Source: a virus
Taxonomy: Duplodnaviria > Heunggongvirae > Uroviricota > Caudoviricetes
Length of the DNA stretch: 38,978 nt
Reading direction: 5' to 3' (one strand)
IMG/VR virus record: IMGVR_UViG_2778261386_000007
Both the position numbers and the translations under genes were made by a program. The notes under the pieces were generated by a model. The model saw nothing but the letters and a program-made list of their open reading frames with translations. It had not been told where the DNA came from and searched no databases. Below, in pieces: positions 1 to 8,281 of the stretch (its first letter is position 1; every line of letters begins with the position of its first letter).

Positions 1-1254
1 ATGCTGGAACAAATGGGCATTGCCGCGAAGCAAGCCTCGTATAAATTAGCGCAACTCTCCAGCCGCGAAAAAAATCGCGTGCTGGAAAAAATCGCCGATG
101 AACTGGAAGCACAAAGCGAAATCATCCTCAACGCTAACGCCCAGGATGTTGCTGACGCGCGTGCCAATGGCCTTGGCGAAGCGATGCTTGACCGTCTGGC
201 ACTGACGCCCGCACGGCTGAAAGGCATTGCCGATGATGTGCGCCAGGTGTGTAACCTCGCCGATCCGGTGGGGCAGGTAATCGATGGCAGCGTACTGGAC
301 AGCGGCCTGCGTCTTGAGCGTCGTCGCGTGCCGCTGGGGGTGATTGGCGTGATTTATGAAGCGCGCCCGAACGTGACGGTTGATGTCGCTTCGCTGTGCC
401 TGAAAACCGGTAATGCGGTGATCCTGCGTGGTGGCAAAGAAACCTGTCGCACTAACGCGGCAACGGTGGCGGTGATTCAGGACGCCCTGAAATCCTGTGG
501 CTTACCGGCGGGTGCCGTGCAGGCGATTGATAATCCTGACCGTGCGCTGGTCAGTGAAATGCTGCGTATGGATAAATACATCGACATGCTGATCCCGCGT
601 GGTGGCGCTGGTTTGCATAAACTGTGCCGTGAACAGTCGACAATCCCGGTGATCACAGGTGGTATAGGCGTATGCCATATTTACGTTGATGAAAGTGTAG
701 AGATCGCTGAAGCATTAAAAGTGATCGTCAACGCGAAAACTCAGCGTCCGAGCACATGTAATACGGTTGAAACGTTGCTGGTGAATAAAAACATCGCCGA
801 TAGCTTCCTGCCCGCATTAAGCAAACAAATGGCGGAAAGCGGCGTGACATTACACGCAGATGCAGCTGCACTGGCGCAGTTGCAGGCAGGCCCTGCGAAG
901 GTGGTTGCTGTTAAAGCCGAAGAGTATGACGATGAGTTTCTGTCATTAGATTTGAACGTCAAAATCGTCAGCGATCTTGACGATGCCATCGCCCATATTC
1001 GTGAACACGGCACACAACACTCCGATGCGATCCTGACCCGCGATATGCGCAACGCCCAGCGTTTTGTTAACGAAGTGGATTCGTCCGCTGTTTACGTTAA
1101 CGCCTCTACGCGTTTTACCGACGGCGGCCAGTTTGGTCTGGGTGCGGAAGTGGCGGTAAGCACACAAAAACTCCACGCGCGTGGCCCAATGGGGCTGGAA
1201 GCACTGACCACTTACAAGTGGATCGGCATTGGTGATTACACCATTCGTGCGTAA
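1..1254 (+). CDS. proA: Gamma-glutamyl phosphate reductase (complete, 417 aa)
   Basis: Full-length ORF from ATG at 1 to TAA at 1252-1254; translation reads as enterobacterial ProA ([20 protein letters not shown] ... [23 protein letters not shown]). Recognised from memory, not searched. Confidence 0.95.
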   Translation: MLEQMGIAAKQASYKLAQLSSREKNRVLEKIADELEAQSEIILNANAQDVADARANGLGEAMLDRLALTPARLKGIADDVRQVCNLADPVGQVIDGSVLDSGLRLERRRVPLGVIGVIYEARPNVTVDVASLCLKTGNAVILRGGKETCRTNAATVAVIQDALKSCGLPAGAVQAIDNPDRALVSEMLRMDKYIDMLIPRGGAGLHKLCREQSTIPVITGGIGVCHIYVDESVEIAEALKVIVNAKTQRPSTCNTVETLLVNKNIADSFLPALSKQMAESGVTLHADAAALAQLQAGPAKVVAVKAEEYDDEFLSLDLNVKIVSDLDDAIAHIREHGTQHSDAILTRDMRNAQRFVNEVDSSAVYVNASTRFTDGGQFGLGAEVAVSTQKLHARGPMGLEALTTYKWIGIGDYTIRA

Positions 1255-1368
1255 ATAAAACCGGGTGATGCAAAAGTAGCCATTTGATTCACAAGGCCAT
1301 TGACGCATCGCCCGGTTAGTTTTAACCTTGTCCACCGTGATTCACGTTCGTGAACATGTCCTTTCAGG

Positions 1369-1444
1369 GCCGATATAGCTCAGTTGGTAGAGCAGCGCAT
1401 TCGTAATGCGAAGGTCGTAGGTTCGACTCCTATTATCGGCACCA
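1369..1444 (+). tRNA. thrW: tRNA-Thr (anticodon CGU), integration target for the prophage
   Basis: 76-nt sequence GCCGATATAGCTCAGTTGGTAGAGC...GGTTCGACTCCTATTATCGGCACCA with D-loop, anticodon loop cattCGTaatg, T-arm GGTTCGACTCC and encoded CCA. The integrase gene stop lies 14 nt downstream, as expected for attL at a tRNA 3' end. Confidence 0.92.
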
Positions 1445-1458
1445 TTTAAATCAATAAG

Positions 1459-2622
1459 TTACACATCATTAGTACCTTCCTTATTTTTTGACTGGGACAA
1501 ATTTGGGACCGATGGGTTCAGGATCGAGTCTATTTGCCGTGCGTGTTCGGTAAGGTGATTAGGTGCAAGGTGAGCATATCGACGAACCATTTCGATAGAC
1601 TCCCAGCCTCCCATTTCCTGTAACACTGACAACGGGACTCCGGCTTGAACCAGCCAACTTGCCCAGGTGTGTCTCAAGTCGTGAAATCTGAAATCATCAA
1701 TACCAGCCCGTCTCAGCGCCGCTTTCCAGGCTGTGTTTGCGTCATACCGCATCTTCCTTACTGTTGGCGCTTTCGTTCCGTCTGGTTTGGTACAGCTTTC
1801 CTTGTACACAAATACCCAACGGTGATGATTCCCGATTTGTTTTTTCAATACGCGACATGCAGTATCATTCAGCGCAACGCCAATTGCGCGGTTTGATTTA
1901 CTCTCTTCCGGGTTTATCCATGCCACCCGGCGCTGCATATCTATTTGTTGCCATTCAAGGTTGATGATGTTCGAGCGTCTTAAGCCTGTTGCCAGTGCAA
2001 ATTCAACAACAGACTTTAATGGCTCCGGACATTCATCAATCAGCCTTTGTGCTTCATGGGGCTCCAGCCAGCGGATCCGTTTATTCTTTGGTTGAGGCAC
2101 TTTAATAATTGGTGCCTTATCCAGCATTTTCCATTCACGCTCTGCGGCTCTTAGTAGGGCCTTTATAAATGAAAGATGCGTAGCCTTCGTTGCAACGGAC
2201 GCTGGTTTTGGCGTGTATTCTGGAACAGGTTTCCCTTTTTTTCTGCATGCTTCTGCCCTGAGTTTCCAGTTTTCCTCATGACGCCGGTTCGTCATTTTCT
2301 GCATTGCTGAATAAATTTTTGATTCAGTAATGTCTCTTAGTTGCATTCCTGCGAAATGTTGAAGCCAGAATCCGATCCGGCTTTTGTCATCGTCCAGTGA
2401 TTTTTTATGTGCTTTCTCTTCAAGCCACCTGACACACGCTTCCTCGAACGTTATATCAGGTATTTCACCAAGTTTGCTGACCCGCCATGCTTCAGCCTTT
2501 AGCTTGTCATGGAGTTCTGTCGCCTGCCTTTTGTCCTTTGTTCCAAGAGACTGTTTAAATCTTTTACCGTTCGGCAATGTGAAACTGGCGTACCATATTT
2601 CACCTCTGCGGAAGAGTGACAT
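1459..2622 (-). CDS. int: Tyrosine integrase, P22-like (387 aa)
   Basis: N-terminus [46 protein letters not shown] matches my memory of P22 Int; C-terminal catalytic region has the R...HDLRHTWAS...RRYAHL tyrosine-recombinase signature; sits directly beside thrW. Confidence 0.93.
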   Translation of the reverse strand: MSLFRRGEIWYASFTLPNGKRFKQSLGTKDKRQATELHDKLKAEAWRVSKLGEIPDITFEEACVRWLEEKAHKKSLDDDKSRIGFWLQHFAGMQLRDITESKIYSAMQKMTNRRHEENWKLRAEACRKKGKPVPEYTPKPASVATKATHLSFIKALLRAAEREWKMLDKAPIIKVPQPKNKRIRWLEPHEAQRLIDECPEPLKSVVEFALATGLRRSNIINLEWQQIDMQRRVAWINPEESKSNRAIGVALNDTACRVLKKQIGNHHRWVFVYKESCTKPDGTKAPTVRKMRYDANTAWKAALRRAGIDDFRFHDLRHTWASWLVQAGVPLSVLQEMGGWESIEMVRRYAHLAPNHLTEHARQIDSILNPSVPNLSQSKNKEGTNDV

Positions 2623-2849
2623 TTTCTTTCCTCTGTTATGCCATCACCCGCGCTCACCTGGACAGTATGCAGCGGAGACTGAAGAGCCGCAATGCAGGCT
2701 TGTCGTGTTGTGAGGTAAGGAGATTTATTCTTAGTGGGATCTTTGCGTGTTGCCTGAAGACGCCCTGTGCGTATCCAGTTAATGGCAGTCGGTCTGGATA
2801 TCTTGAGAAAATGACAGGCCTCATCGAGTGTGAGGCTGTATGGCTCCAT
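2499..2849 (-). CDS. xis: Excisionase (116 aa), overlapping the int start
   Basis: ATG at 2849-2847 ([32 protein letters not shown], an AlpA/Xis-type HTH); reading frame continues 116 codons, the length I recall for P22 Xis, and overlaps int by about 120 nt; start shares a nucleotide with the stop of the upstream gene. Confidence 0.7.
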   Translation of the reverse strand: MEPYSLTLDEACHFLKISRPTAINWIRTGRLQATRKDPTKNKSPYLTTRQACIAALQSPLHTVQVSAGDGITEERKCHSSAEVKYGTPVSHCRTVKDLNSLLEQRTKGRRQNSMTS

Positions 2850-3154
2850 TATTTCACCTCTTGCTGTGACATTGTTGAGAAATGGATACCAGCTCGTTGC
2901 TGCCAGACGATCCAACCGAGAGTCATATCCCATGCCATGTATTCGTTATCGCCGTTTTTTGCTCTCCGACGATCTACTAAGTCACCAAAACGCTTTTCCA
3001 TGAATAATTCATAAGCTTCGCGTTCATCTGGTTCTACTTCCAGAGATAGGAGTGCGATTTCATAAGCACGGCGCTCAATATCGTCTCGCACGTCAAGGCT
3101 GCTGATACGCTCTTTAATTTCTTTAATCAGTTCTTTGTCGGTAAAAGTGGTCAT
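2849..3154 (-). CDS. Hypothetical early-left protein (101 aa)
   Basis: ORF with ATG at 3154, translationally coupled to neighbours on both sides (stop/start overlaps); acidic helical protein, no family recognised. Confidence 0.5.
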   Translation of the reverse strand: MTTFTDKELIKEIKERISSLDVRDDIERRAYEIALLSLEVEPDEREAYELFMEKRFGDLVDRRRAKNGDNEYMAWDMTLGWIVWQQRAGIHFSTMSQQEVK

Positions 3155-3516
3155 TATGCTCCAGCCTCCGGTGCTTTTGGCATTACTGCCCAGTGAGTGA
3201 TATTGACGTTTTCAAGGTCCCCGACCTGAAATGTCCACTGCCATTCTCCGGTTTCTTTTTGTCCCCAGGTGTACCAGAGAGAACGCCAGCCAATTAGCCA
3301 GCCTTCTCCGTTAGCATCGAATAACAAAACACTTTCATTTGCTGGTGGCAGTTCAGTTGACACTGGTATTACTTTGTTTTCCTGTGCTGCACATTTAGCT
3401 TCAAGCGCATCGAATTTACGCACCAGGTATTCAGCATCCGTTTCATTCACTTTCAGATCTCGCGGTACACATCTCCCACGAAGAAACCCTTCCATTTCGA
3501 AAACATTCATGCGCAT
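3154..3516 (-). CDS. Hypothetical early-left protein (120 aa, Trp-rich C-terminus)
   Basis: ATG at 3516 preceded by GGAG 8 nt upstream; tryptophan-rich C-terminus (GEWQWTFQVGDLENVNITHWAV); possibly a DUF551-type phage protein, not confirmed. Confidence 0.5.
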   Translation of the reverse strand: MRMNVFEMEGFLRGRCVPRDLKVNETDAEYLVRKFDALEAKCAAQENKVIPVSTELPPANESVLLFDANGEGWLIGWRSLWYTWGQKETGEWQWTFQVGDLENVNITHWAVMPKAPEAGA

Positions 3517-4043
3517 TTGCGTAACTCCGATAATTCGTTAAAGCGTTCCATAAACATCCCGTAGGCATGGCCTGGAGCCAGTGGAATCACGTTGAACATC
3601 TCTGTTGCCGGGATACCTTCCAGCACAGGCCAGAAAGAGCCATCATCAAGCCCGAGATCGCGGCGTTCGGTTGCCAGCATAATGAGATCGGCATATTTCA
3701 CTGGCGTGCTCATAACAGGAGGTAACCCGTATTTCTCACGGATTACGGCGTCTATTTTTTCTTCCATCCGTTTATAGTCAGGAAGAAGTCGTTTCAGTGG
3801 TGCGGGGATGTCCTGGCAATATGCTTCTGTTGCATCATGCATTAAAGCTTCAAAAGCAAATTCCTGCGGTACCAGCTGGCTGCAAAGCACCGCATGTTGG
3901 GCGACACTGTAGAAGTGTGAAAGATGTCCTGCAAAGCGACAGATATTTGAAAGGGAAACCGCGATATCGTTAATAACGATGTCGTCTTTATTTATCCTGT
4001 CATAATAAAAATGCTTCCCGGAAAAAGTTTTAATAAATGACAT
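3507..4043 (-). CDS. HD-domain phosphohydrolase-like protein (178 aa from preferred ATG at 4043; ORF extends to GTG at 4070)
   Basis: Translation contains H...HD...D-type metal-binding pattern (FAGHLSHFYSVAQHAVL ... LMHDATEAY ... DLIMLATERRDL) reminiscent of YfbR/YfdR 5'-deoxynucleotidase-like HD hydrolases; ATG at 4043 has GGAG 8 nt upstream. Confidence 0.6.
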   Translation of the reverse strand: MSFIKTFSGKHFYYDRINKDDIVINDIAVSLSNICRFAGHLSHFYSVAQHAVLCSQLVPQEFAFEALMHDATEAYCQDIPAPLKRLLPDYKRMEEKIDAVIREKYGLPPVMSTPVKYADLIMLATERRDLGLDDGSFWPVLEGIPATEMFNVIPLAPGHAYGMFMERFNELSELRKCA

Positions 4044-4079
4044 TTTGTTCTCCACGTATATGCGCTGCACCGCGCTGAA

Positions 4080-4585
4080 TTCGGGTAAAAGGAAGCCCTC
4101 ACCGTCCGGCGATTATTGAGTCAATTACATTTCCATAAATGCCCCCGTAGGGGCGGTTAGTTTCTCCACAAAACAGAGAAGAACACCTGCGGTGGCAGCC
4201 GCCCGGATGGATTGGGTTATGAGCCCGTCGTCCGGTGATGCTCTTCTCTGTTTTGTAAAAATGACGGTACCAGCCGGAAGCAAGGGTACAAACTGGTACC
4301 GCCAGGACTACACACAGCATAAAGTTGTGGTGCCGGGTGCCTCCCGGTGCCTGGCGAAGGTTGCACACCAGGCGGGTGGGTATCCACAGAAGGTCGACTG
4401 TCAGCCTCAACCTTAACCCGCGTGCGCTGAGCCGCATTCACCACAACGCTAAGGATTCTCTCTGGTTGAAAATACTTAGCTGTTATGTGCCTGCTTTTAG
4501 CCACATCAGGCGAGGTGGACCTAGTTATTCCCCAACAACAAGGATTCGGTTAATCTGGTTATCCCCAACAACGCAAAAGGAAAAG
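4080..4585. other. GC-rich structured non-coding region (candidate RNA element) in the early-left operon
   Basis: No protein-like ORF in any frame (overlapping low-complexity Arg/Cys/Pro-rich ORFs in four frames); nested inverted repeats, e.g. ACAAAACAGAGAAGA ... TCTTCTCTGTTTTGT spanning about 4168-4260, GGTACCAG ... CTGGTACC about 4265-4299, GCCAGG ... CCTGGC about 4300-4354; tandem TTAT(T)CCCCAACAAC direct repeat at about 4525-4570. Confidence 0.3.
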
Positions 4586-4587
4586 AA

Positions 4588-5022
4588 ATGTCCGGTAATA
4601 TCTATACGCTGTACAAATCCCACTGTGAAAATGTTGGAAAGTATCGGGGCATTGAAATCAGTGGGGTAGTGTCATCAGTCGAAATAAGCAAAGTTGAATC
4701 AAGGGCAACATTACTTACTCTTTTGGACCTTGTCTTACATGAGCACCGGAAGAAATTCGGCACTCCCTATAATCAATTGAATGGGAAAAAGGCTCTGGTT
4801 CACCTTATTCTGATGAAGCATCACTGGATGCCAAAACAGATTAATGAGATGAAATTTGATGAACTTCTTCTTTCAATTCAGGATGAACTCACACTTGATA
4901 AAATAAGCGTAACCGCCCAGAAATTTTTAGATTATCGAGACTGGAGATCACAAATTCATCACTTTGATGATTTTGACGAAAATGAATGGGATCCTAATTT
5001 GTCTGCACAATATCTAAAGTAA
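4588..5022 (+). CDS. Hypothetical protein (144 aa), AT-rich moron gene oriented against the early-left operon
   Basis: ATG at 4588 with AAGGAAAAG upstream; visibly lower GC than flanking phage DNA; no TM segment, no family recognised; followed on the same strand by a strong terminator at 5260-5283. Confidence 0.6.
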   Translation: MSGNIYTLYKSHCENVGKYRGIEISGVVSSVEISKVESRATLLTLLDLVLHEHRKKFGTPYNQLNGKKALVHLILMKHHWMPKQINEMKFDELLLSIQDELTLDKISVTAQKFLDYRDWRSQIHHFDDFDENEWDPNLSAQYLK

Positions 5023-5200
5023 CATCCTGTGATAAAACCGTGATTTCCTGATCCAGTTTTTTTAAGGAGTCTATTGTTTCCTGTCGATAAGACAGCACTT
5101 CACGAAGCTGGTTTATAGCTGCCAGCTTCTTTGTCATCCACTCATAAATTTCCTCATCTGTGTAGCCAGGCGCGACGATTTTGGGTTCTGTTTTGTGCAT
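4994..5200 (-). CDS. Small hypothetical protein (68 aa), first gene downstream of the putative PL region
   Basis: ATG at 5200 with perfect GAGGAG 7 nt upstream (minus-strand TTGAGGAGATGTGAAATG); occupies the position of N in lambda-type maps but has no arginine-rich motif; 3' end overlaps the convergent 144-aa gene by 29 nt. Confidence 0.45.
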   Translation of the reverse strand: MHKTEPKIVAPGYTDEEIYEWMTKKLAAINQLREVLSYRQETIDSLKKLDQEITVLSQDVTLDIVQTN

Positions 5201-5259
5201 TTCACATCTCCTCAAGTTATCAGTTACTTGTTGATGGGGACCAGATTGTTAAAGAGCTA

Positions 5260-5283
5260 AGCGTCCTGTAGGGCGCTTTTTTG
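5260..5283 (+). terminator. Rho-independent terminator (plus strand)
   Basis: AGCGTCC-TGTA-GGGCGCT hairpin (7 bp including one G-U wobble) followed by TTTTTTG. Confidence 0.6.
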
Positions 5284-5359
5284 TTGCTAACGAATCATCC
5301 TGGACTTCATATGCCCCAGGCGGCTACTTCGTGGGCGTCCTGCCTGTTCGTTGTTTCGC

Positions 5360-5400
5360 TTGGGTACATTATGTATCTCAAAGGTACATTGTCAAGTATA
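5360..5400. promoter_or_regulatory. Candidate OL operator cluster downstream of cI
   Basis: Two GGTACATT motifs 20 bp apart (tgGGTACATTatgtatc and aaGGTACATTgtcaagtat) sharing the GTAC core of the OR palindromes. Confidence 0.35.
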
Positions 5401-5434
5401 AAAAAACCTGCCGAAGCAGGTTCATAAACATTGA

Positions 5435-6109
5435 TTAGGCTTTGATTTTGTATCTTCTTGGTTTTCCTGAGAAAATCACTGTACCAATTATAGAGCAATT
5501 ACCGTTGATCTTAATGTAAGGCTCAGGCCAGTTTGGGTTTAACGCTTTGAGATAACGCTGTGTCCCATCTTCTATCAACCTTTTGAAGGTGGTTTCGCCT
5601 GTATCGTGCATCAATGCAATAACGTCGTCACCGTGGCAGGCAGGTACTTCAGGATCGACAAAAATCATGTCTCCCGGGCGGTACTCATCAATCATTGAAT
5701 CACCTATCACCCGCAAGATATAAGTCATTTCCCCACAGGGTACAGGGCAGGGATACGTTTCTGCTGTGCTCAAATCAACCTCAGAATATCCAACTTCTTT
5801 CCATGCTCCGGCCTGTACCCATGATATGACAGGGACTAATGTGATTTGTTTATTAGTGATTGAAACATCAGGTTTTTTTGTGATGTTCGTTGTCTGGTGT
5901 TCTTGATCGAGCCATCCGACAGGCAGGTCGAAACATTTTTCGATGTGTCGTGCCATGCTGTCACCGATATTTTTAGTAGCACCATCTCCCATAAACCTGC
6001 TGGTCTGGGTTGGCTCGCGATCAATCATAGTGGCAAAGGAAGAATTCCCGCCAACACCATCTCTCAGTTTTCTGGCGTTAGACCGCCGGATGTCATGGAT
6101 TGTTTTCAT
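5435..6109 (-). CDS. CI-type prophage repressor (HTH N-domain plus S24 LexA-like autopeptidase C-domain, 224 aa)
   Basis: C-terminal region ILRVIGDSMIDEYRPGDMIFVD ... LIEDGTQRYLKALNPNWPE contains the Ser (GDSM) and Lys (FKRL) of S24 peptidases; ATG at 6109 with no SD, consistent with a leaderless PRM-type transcript; divergent from cro. Confidence 0.88.
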   Translation of the reverse strand: MKTIHDIRRSNARKLRDGVGGNSSFATMIDREPTQTSRFMGDGATKNIGDSMARHIEKCFDLPVGWLDQEHQTTNITKKPDVSITNKQITLVPVISWVQAGAWKEVGYSEVDLSTAETYPCPVPCGEMTYILRVIGDSMIDEYRPGDMIFVDPEVPACHGDDVIALMHDTGETTFKRLIEDGTQRYLKALNPNWPEPYIKINGNCSIIGTVIFSGKPRRYKIKA

Positions 6110-6199
6110 AACGAAATTAAAACCCTTGTACCGTTAAGGTACAAGTATCTTGAAGGTTCATTTCAATCATGTAATATGTACACCGGAGGTACATATTGT
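6110..6199. promoter_or_regulatory. OR-type operator/promoter region between cI and cro
   Basis: Perfect palindrome CTTGTACC-GTTAA-GGTACAAG at 6125-6145 and ATATGTAC-ACCGGAG-GTACATAT at 6174-6196, the latter overlapping the cro SD GGAGG. Confidence 0.6.
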
Positions 6200-6400
6200 A
6201 TGAAAGCGTATTGGGACTCTTTAACCAAAGAACAGCAGGGCGAGTTGGCCGGAAAAGTTGGCTCAACACCTGGCTACTTACGGCTGGTTTTCAATGGCTA
6301 TAAAAAAGCCAGTTTTGTGCTGGCTAAAAAACTTGAGCAATGCACGTCAGGTGCAATTACGAAATCTGACTTAAGACCGGATATCTATCCGAAAGATTAG
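6200..6400 (+). CDS. Cro-like HTH regulator (66 aa)
   Basis: ATG at 6200 with GGAGG SD; small basic HTH protein (MKAYWDSLTKEQQGELAGKVGSTPGYLRLVFNG) divergent from the repressor; resembles YdaS/DUF1019-type Cro proteins. Confidence 0.78.
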   Translation: MKAYWDSLTKEQQGELAGKVGSTPGYLRLVFNGYKKASFVLAKKLEQCTSGAITKSDLRPDIYPKD

Positions 6401-6431
6401 CAGAACACTTTCAATTTTTAACCACAGAACG

Positions 6432-6995
6432 ATGAGGCTAACCGTGGGTAAGCATCACTGGAAAATAGAAAAACAGCCTGAGTGGTACGTGAAAGCTGTC
6501 AGAAAAACTATCGCGGCGTTGCCGGGTGGTTACGCTGAAGCGGCTGACTGGCTCGATGTAACAGAAAACGCTTTATTCAACCGCCTTCGTGCAGATGGCG
6601 ATCAGATTTTCCCGCTGGGATGGGCAATGGTTTTACAGCGTGCTGGTGGCACTCACTTCATTGCTGATGCTGTGGCGCAGTCTGCAAATGGCGTCTTTGT
6701 GTCTCTTCCTGACGTCGAGGATGTGGACAACGCCGATATCAACCAACGCCTGCTGGAAGTCATTGAACAGATCGGCAGTTATTCAAAACAGATTCGTTCA
6801 GCAATTGAAGACGGTGTAGTGGAACCGCATGAGAAGACAGCAATTAACGATGAGCTGTACCTCTCAATTTCGAAGCTGCAGGAGCATGCAGCACTGGTCT
6901 ACAAAATCTTTTGCGTTTCAGAAAGTAGTGACGCCCGCGAGTGTGCAGCTCCGGGCGCCGTGGCGTGTCGTGACTGTGGAGAAACTAACGCATGA
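6432..6995 (+). CDS. Putative regulatory protein (CII/YdaT-like, 187 aa)
   Basis: First gene after cro; family assignment from positional analogy and weak recollection of YdaT-like proteins; start codon uncertain. Confidence 0.45.
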   Translation: MRLTVGKHHWKIEKQPEWYVKAVRKTIAALPGGYAEAADWLDVTENALFNRLRADGDQIFPLGWAMVLQRAGGTHFIADAVAQSANGVFVSLPDVEDVDNADINQRLLEVIEQIGSYSKQIRSAIEDGVVEPHEKTAINDELYLSISKLQEHAALVYKIFCVSESSDARECAAPGAVACRDCGETNA

Positions 6996-7330
6996 ACAGT
7001 TTAACAACACACTACCGTCGCTCGCAACTGATTGCGCTTCCTGTACCGGGTGGAAAAGCGAAGGTGGAGTATTGCTATGCAGTAAATGTACTAGGTGACA
7101 GGGAAATTGTAACCCACAGCTTTGCAGAGTGGGCTGTGGGTGATTTCAACCGGCAGAAGGAGACAGTCCTTTGCGACAAGTTAACCGCTGGTTCAAAGAT
7201 CACTACGGAGTGCCCGTCAGAGTCATTCGTTGGGAGCCGGAAACACAACGGGTTATCTACCTCCGTGAAGGCTATGAGCATGAGTGCTTCAGCCCGCTCG
7301 AACAGTTTCGTTGTAAATTCAGGGAAATAG
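6992..7330 (+). CDS. Hypothetical protein (112 aa); C-terminal half may be mis-framed
   Basis: ATG overlaps the upstream stop (ATGA coupling); the N-terminal half looks protein-like, the C-terminal part is low-complexity while an alternative frame 7171-7350 looks more protein-like. Confidence 0.35.
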   Translation: MNSLTTHYRRSQLIALPVPGGKAKVEYCYAVNVLGDREIVTHSFAEWAVGDFNRQKETVLCDKLTAGSKITTECPSESFVGSRKHNGLSTSVKAMSMSASARSNSFVVNSGK

Positions 7331-7350
7331 AGGTCGGTCATGAGCACTAA
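7171..7350 (+). CDS. Alternative-frame small ORF (about 59 aa, TTG start) ending inside the start of the replication gene
   Basis: AGGAG 9 nt upstream of TTG at 7171; translation [59 protein letters not shown] looks like a folded small phage protein; stop TAA at 7348-7350. Confidence 0.3.
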   Translation: MRQVNRWFKDHYGVPVRVIRWEPETQRVIYLREGYEHECFSPLEQFRCKFREIEVGHEH

Positions 7351-8281
7351 ATTAACCGGCTATGTATGGGATGGTTGCGCTGCGTCAGGCATGAAATTAT
7401 CCAGCGTGGCAATTATGGCCCGCCTGGCTGATTTCAGTAATGACGAAGGTGTGTGCTGGCCATCAATTGAAACCATTGCCCGTCAGATTGGCGCGGGGAT
7501 GAGTACCGTCAGAACGGCTATCGCACGGCTGGAAGCAGAAGGCTGGTTAACGCGTAAGGCGCGTCGCCAGGGTAACCGCAATGCGTCGAATGTTTATCAG
7601 CTTAACGTTGCGAAGCTTCAGGCAGCGGCATTTTCTCAACTGTCAGATTCTGACCCGTCAAAATCTGACGCATCAAAATCTGACCCGTCAAAATTTGATG
7701 CGTCGAAATCTGGCAAAAAAGCGGGTTTTCACCCGTCAGAATCTGGCGGGGATCCGTCAGTAAAATCAAAACATGATCCGTCAGATAAAAAAACTTCTCG
7801 TCCGGACGCTTCGCAACCGGACACGCAGACGGCTGAACAGGAGTTTTTAACTCGCCATCCTGATGCGGTTGTATTCAGCCCTAAAAAGCGCCAGTGGGGA
7901 ACGCAGGATGATTTGACCTGCGCACAGTGGCTCTGGAAAAAAATCATCGCCCTGTACGAGCAGGCCGCCGAATGTGACGGCGAGGTGGTTCGTCCCAAAG
8001 AACCGAACTGGACAGCCTGGGCAAACGAAATTCGCCTGATGTGTGTGCAGGATGGTCGTACTCACAAACAAATCTGCGAGATGTACAGCCGCGTCAGCCG
8101 CGATCCGTTCTGGTGCCGTAACGTGCTCAGCCCGTCGAAGCTGCGGGAAAAATGGGATGAGCTTTCCCTGCGCTTATCGCCGTCCGTCAGCACGTACACA
8201 GAAAAACGCGAAGACCCGTACTTCAAAGCCAGTTACGACAACGTGGACTACAGCCAGATCCCGGCAGGATTCAGGGGGTGA
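7340..8281 (+). CDS. Replication initiation protein (N-terminal winged-helix Rep domain, repeat linker, DnaT-like C-terminal domain; 313 aa)
   Basis: N-terminus [51 protein letters not shown] is typical of phage/plasmid replication-initiator HTH domains; central SDSDPSKSDASKSDPSKFDASKSG repeats encoded by 15-bp DNA repeats; position right of cro/cII as for lambda O. Confidence 0.75.
   Translation: MSTKLTGYVWDGCAASGMKLSSVAIMARLADFSNDEGVCWPSIETIARQIGAGMSTVRTAIARLEAEGWLTRKARRQGNRNASNVYQLNVAKLQAAAFSQLSDSDPSKSDASKSDPSKFDASKSGKKAGFHPSESGGDPSVKSKHDPSDKKTSRPDASQPDTQTAEQEFLTRHPDAVVFSPKKRQWGTQDDLTCAQWLWKKIIALYEQAAECDGEVVRPKEPNWTAWANEIRLMCVQDGRTHKQICEMYSRVSRDPFWCRNVLSPSKLREKWDELSLRLSPSVSTYTEKREDPYFKASYDNVDYSQIPAGFRG
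7644..7775 (+). repeat. Iteron-like 15-bp tandem repeats inside the replication gene (candidate ori)
   Basis: TCTGACCCGTCAAAA / TCTGACGCATCAAAA / TCTGACCCGTCAAAA / TTTGATGCGTCGAAA at 7649-7708, followed by further CCGTCAG copies and an A-rich tract. Confidence 0.5.

Noticed and set aside
4080-4585. Retron (msr/msd ncRNA)
   Set aside because: Long inverted repeats are reminiscent, but no reverse transcriptase (no YxDD-containing ORF) is adjacent on either strand.
4099-4669. Four overlapping ORFs (4099-4437 minus, 4192-4416 plus, 4217-4504 minus, 4325-4669 plus)
   Set aside because: Low-complexity Arg/Cys/Pro-rich translations overlapping in several frames, typical of GC-rich non-coding DNA; no SD signals.
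5307-5498. 63-aa minus-strand ORF overlapping the 3' end of cI
   Set aside because: Overlaps the well-supported repressor gene and the putative OL region; no SD; likely spurious.
7644-7775. Tandem repeats that could be taken for a CRISPR array
   Set aside because: Units are 15 bp, contiguous without spacers, in-frame inside the replication-initiator gene; no cas genes anywhere. Interpreted as iterons or a linker repeat.
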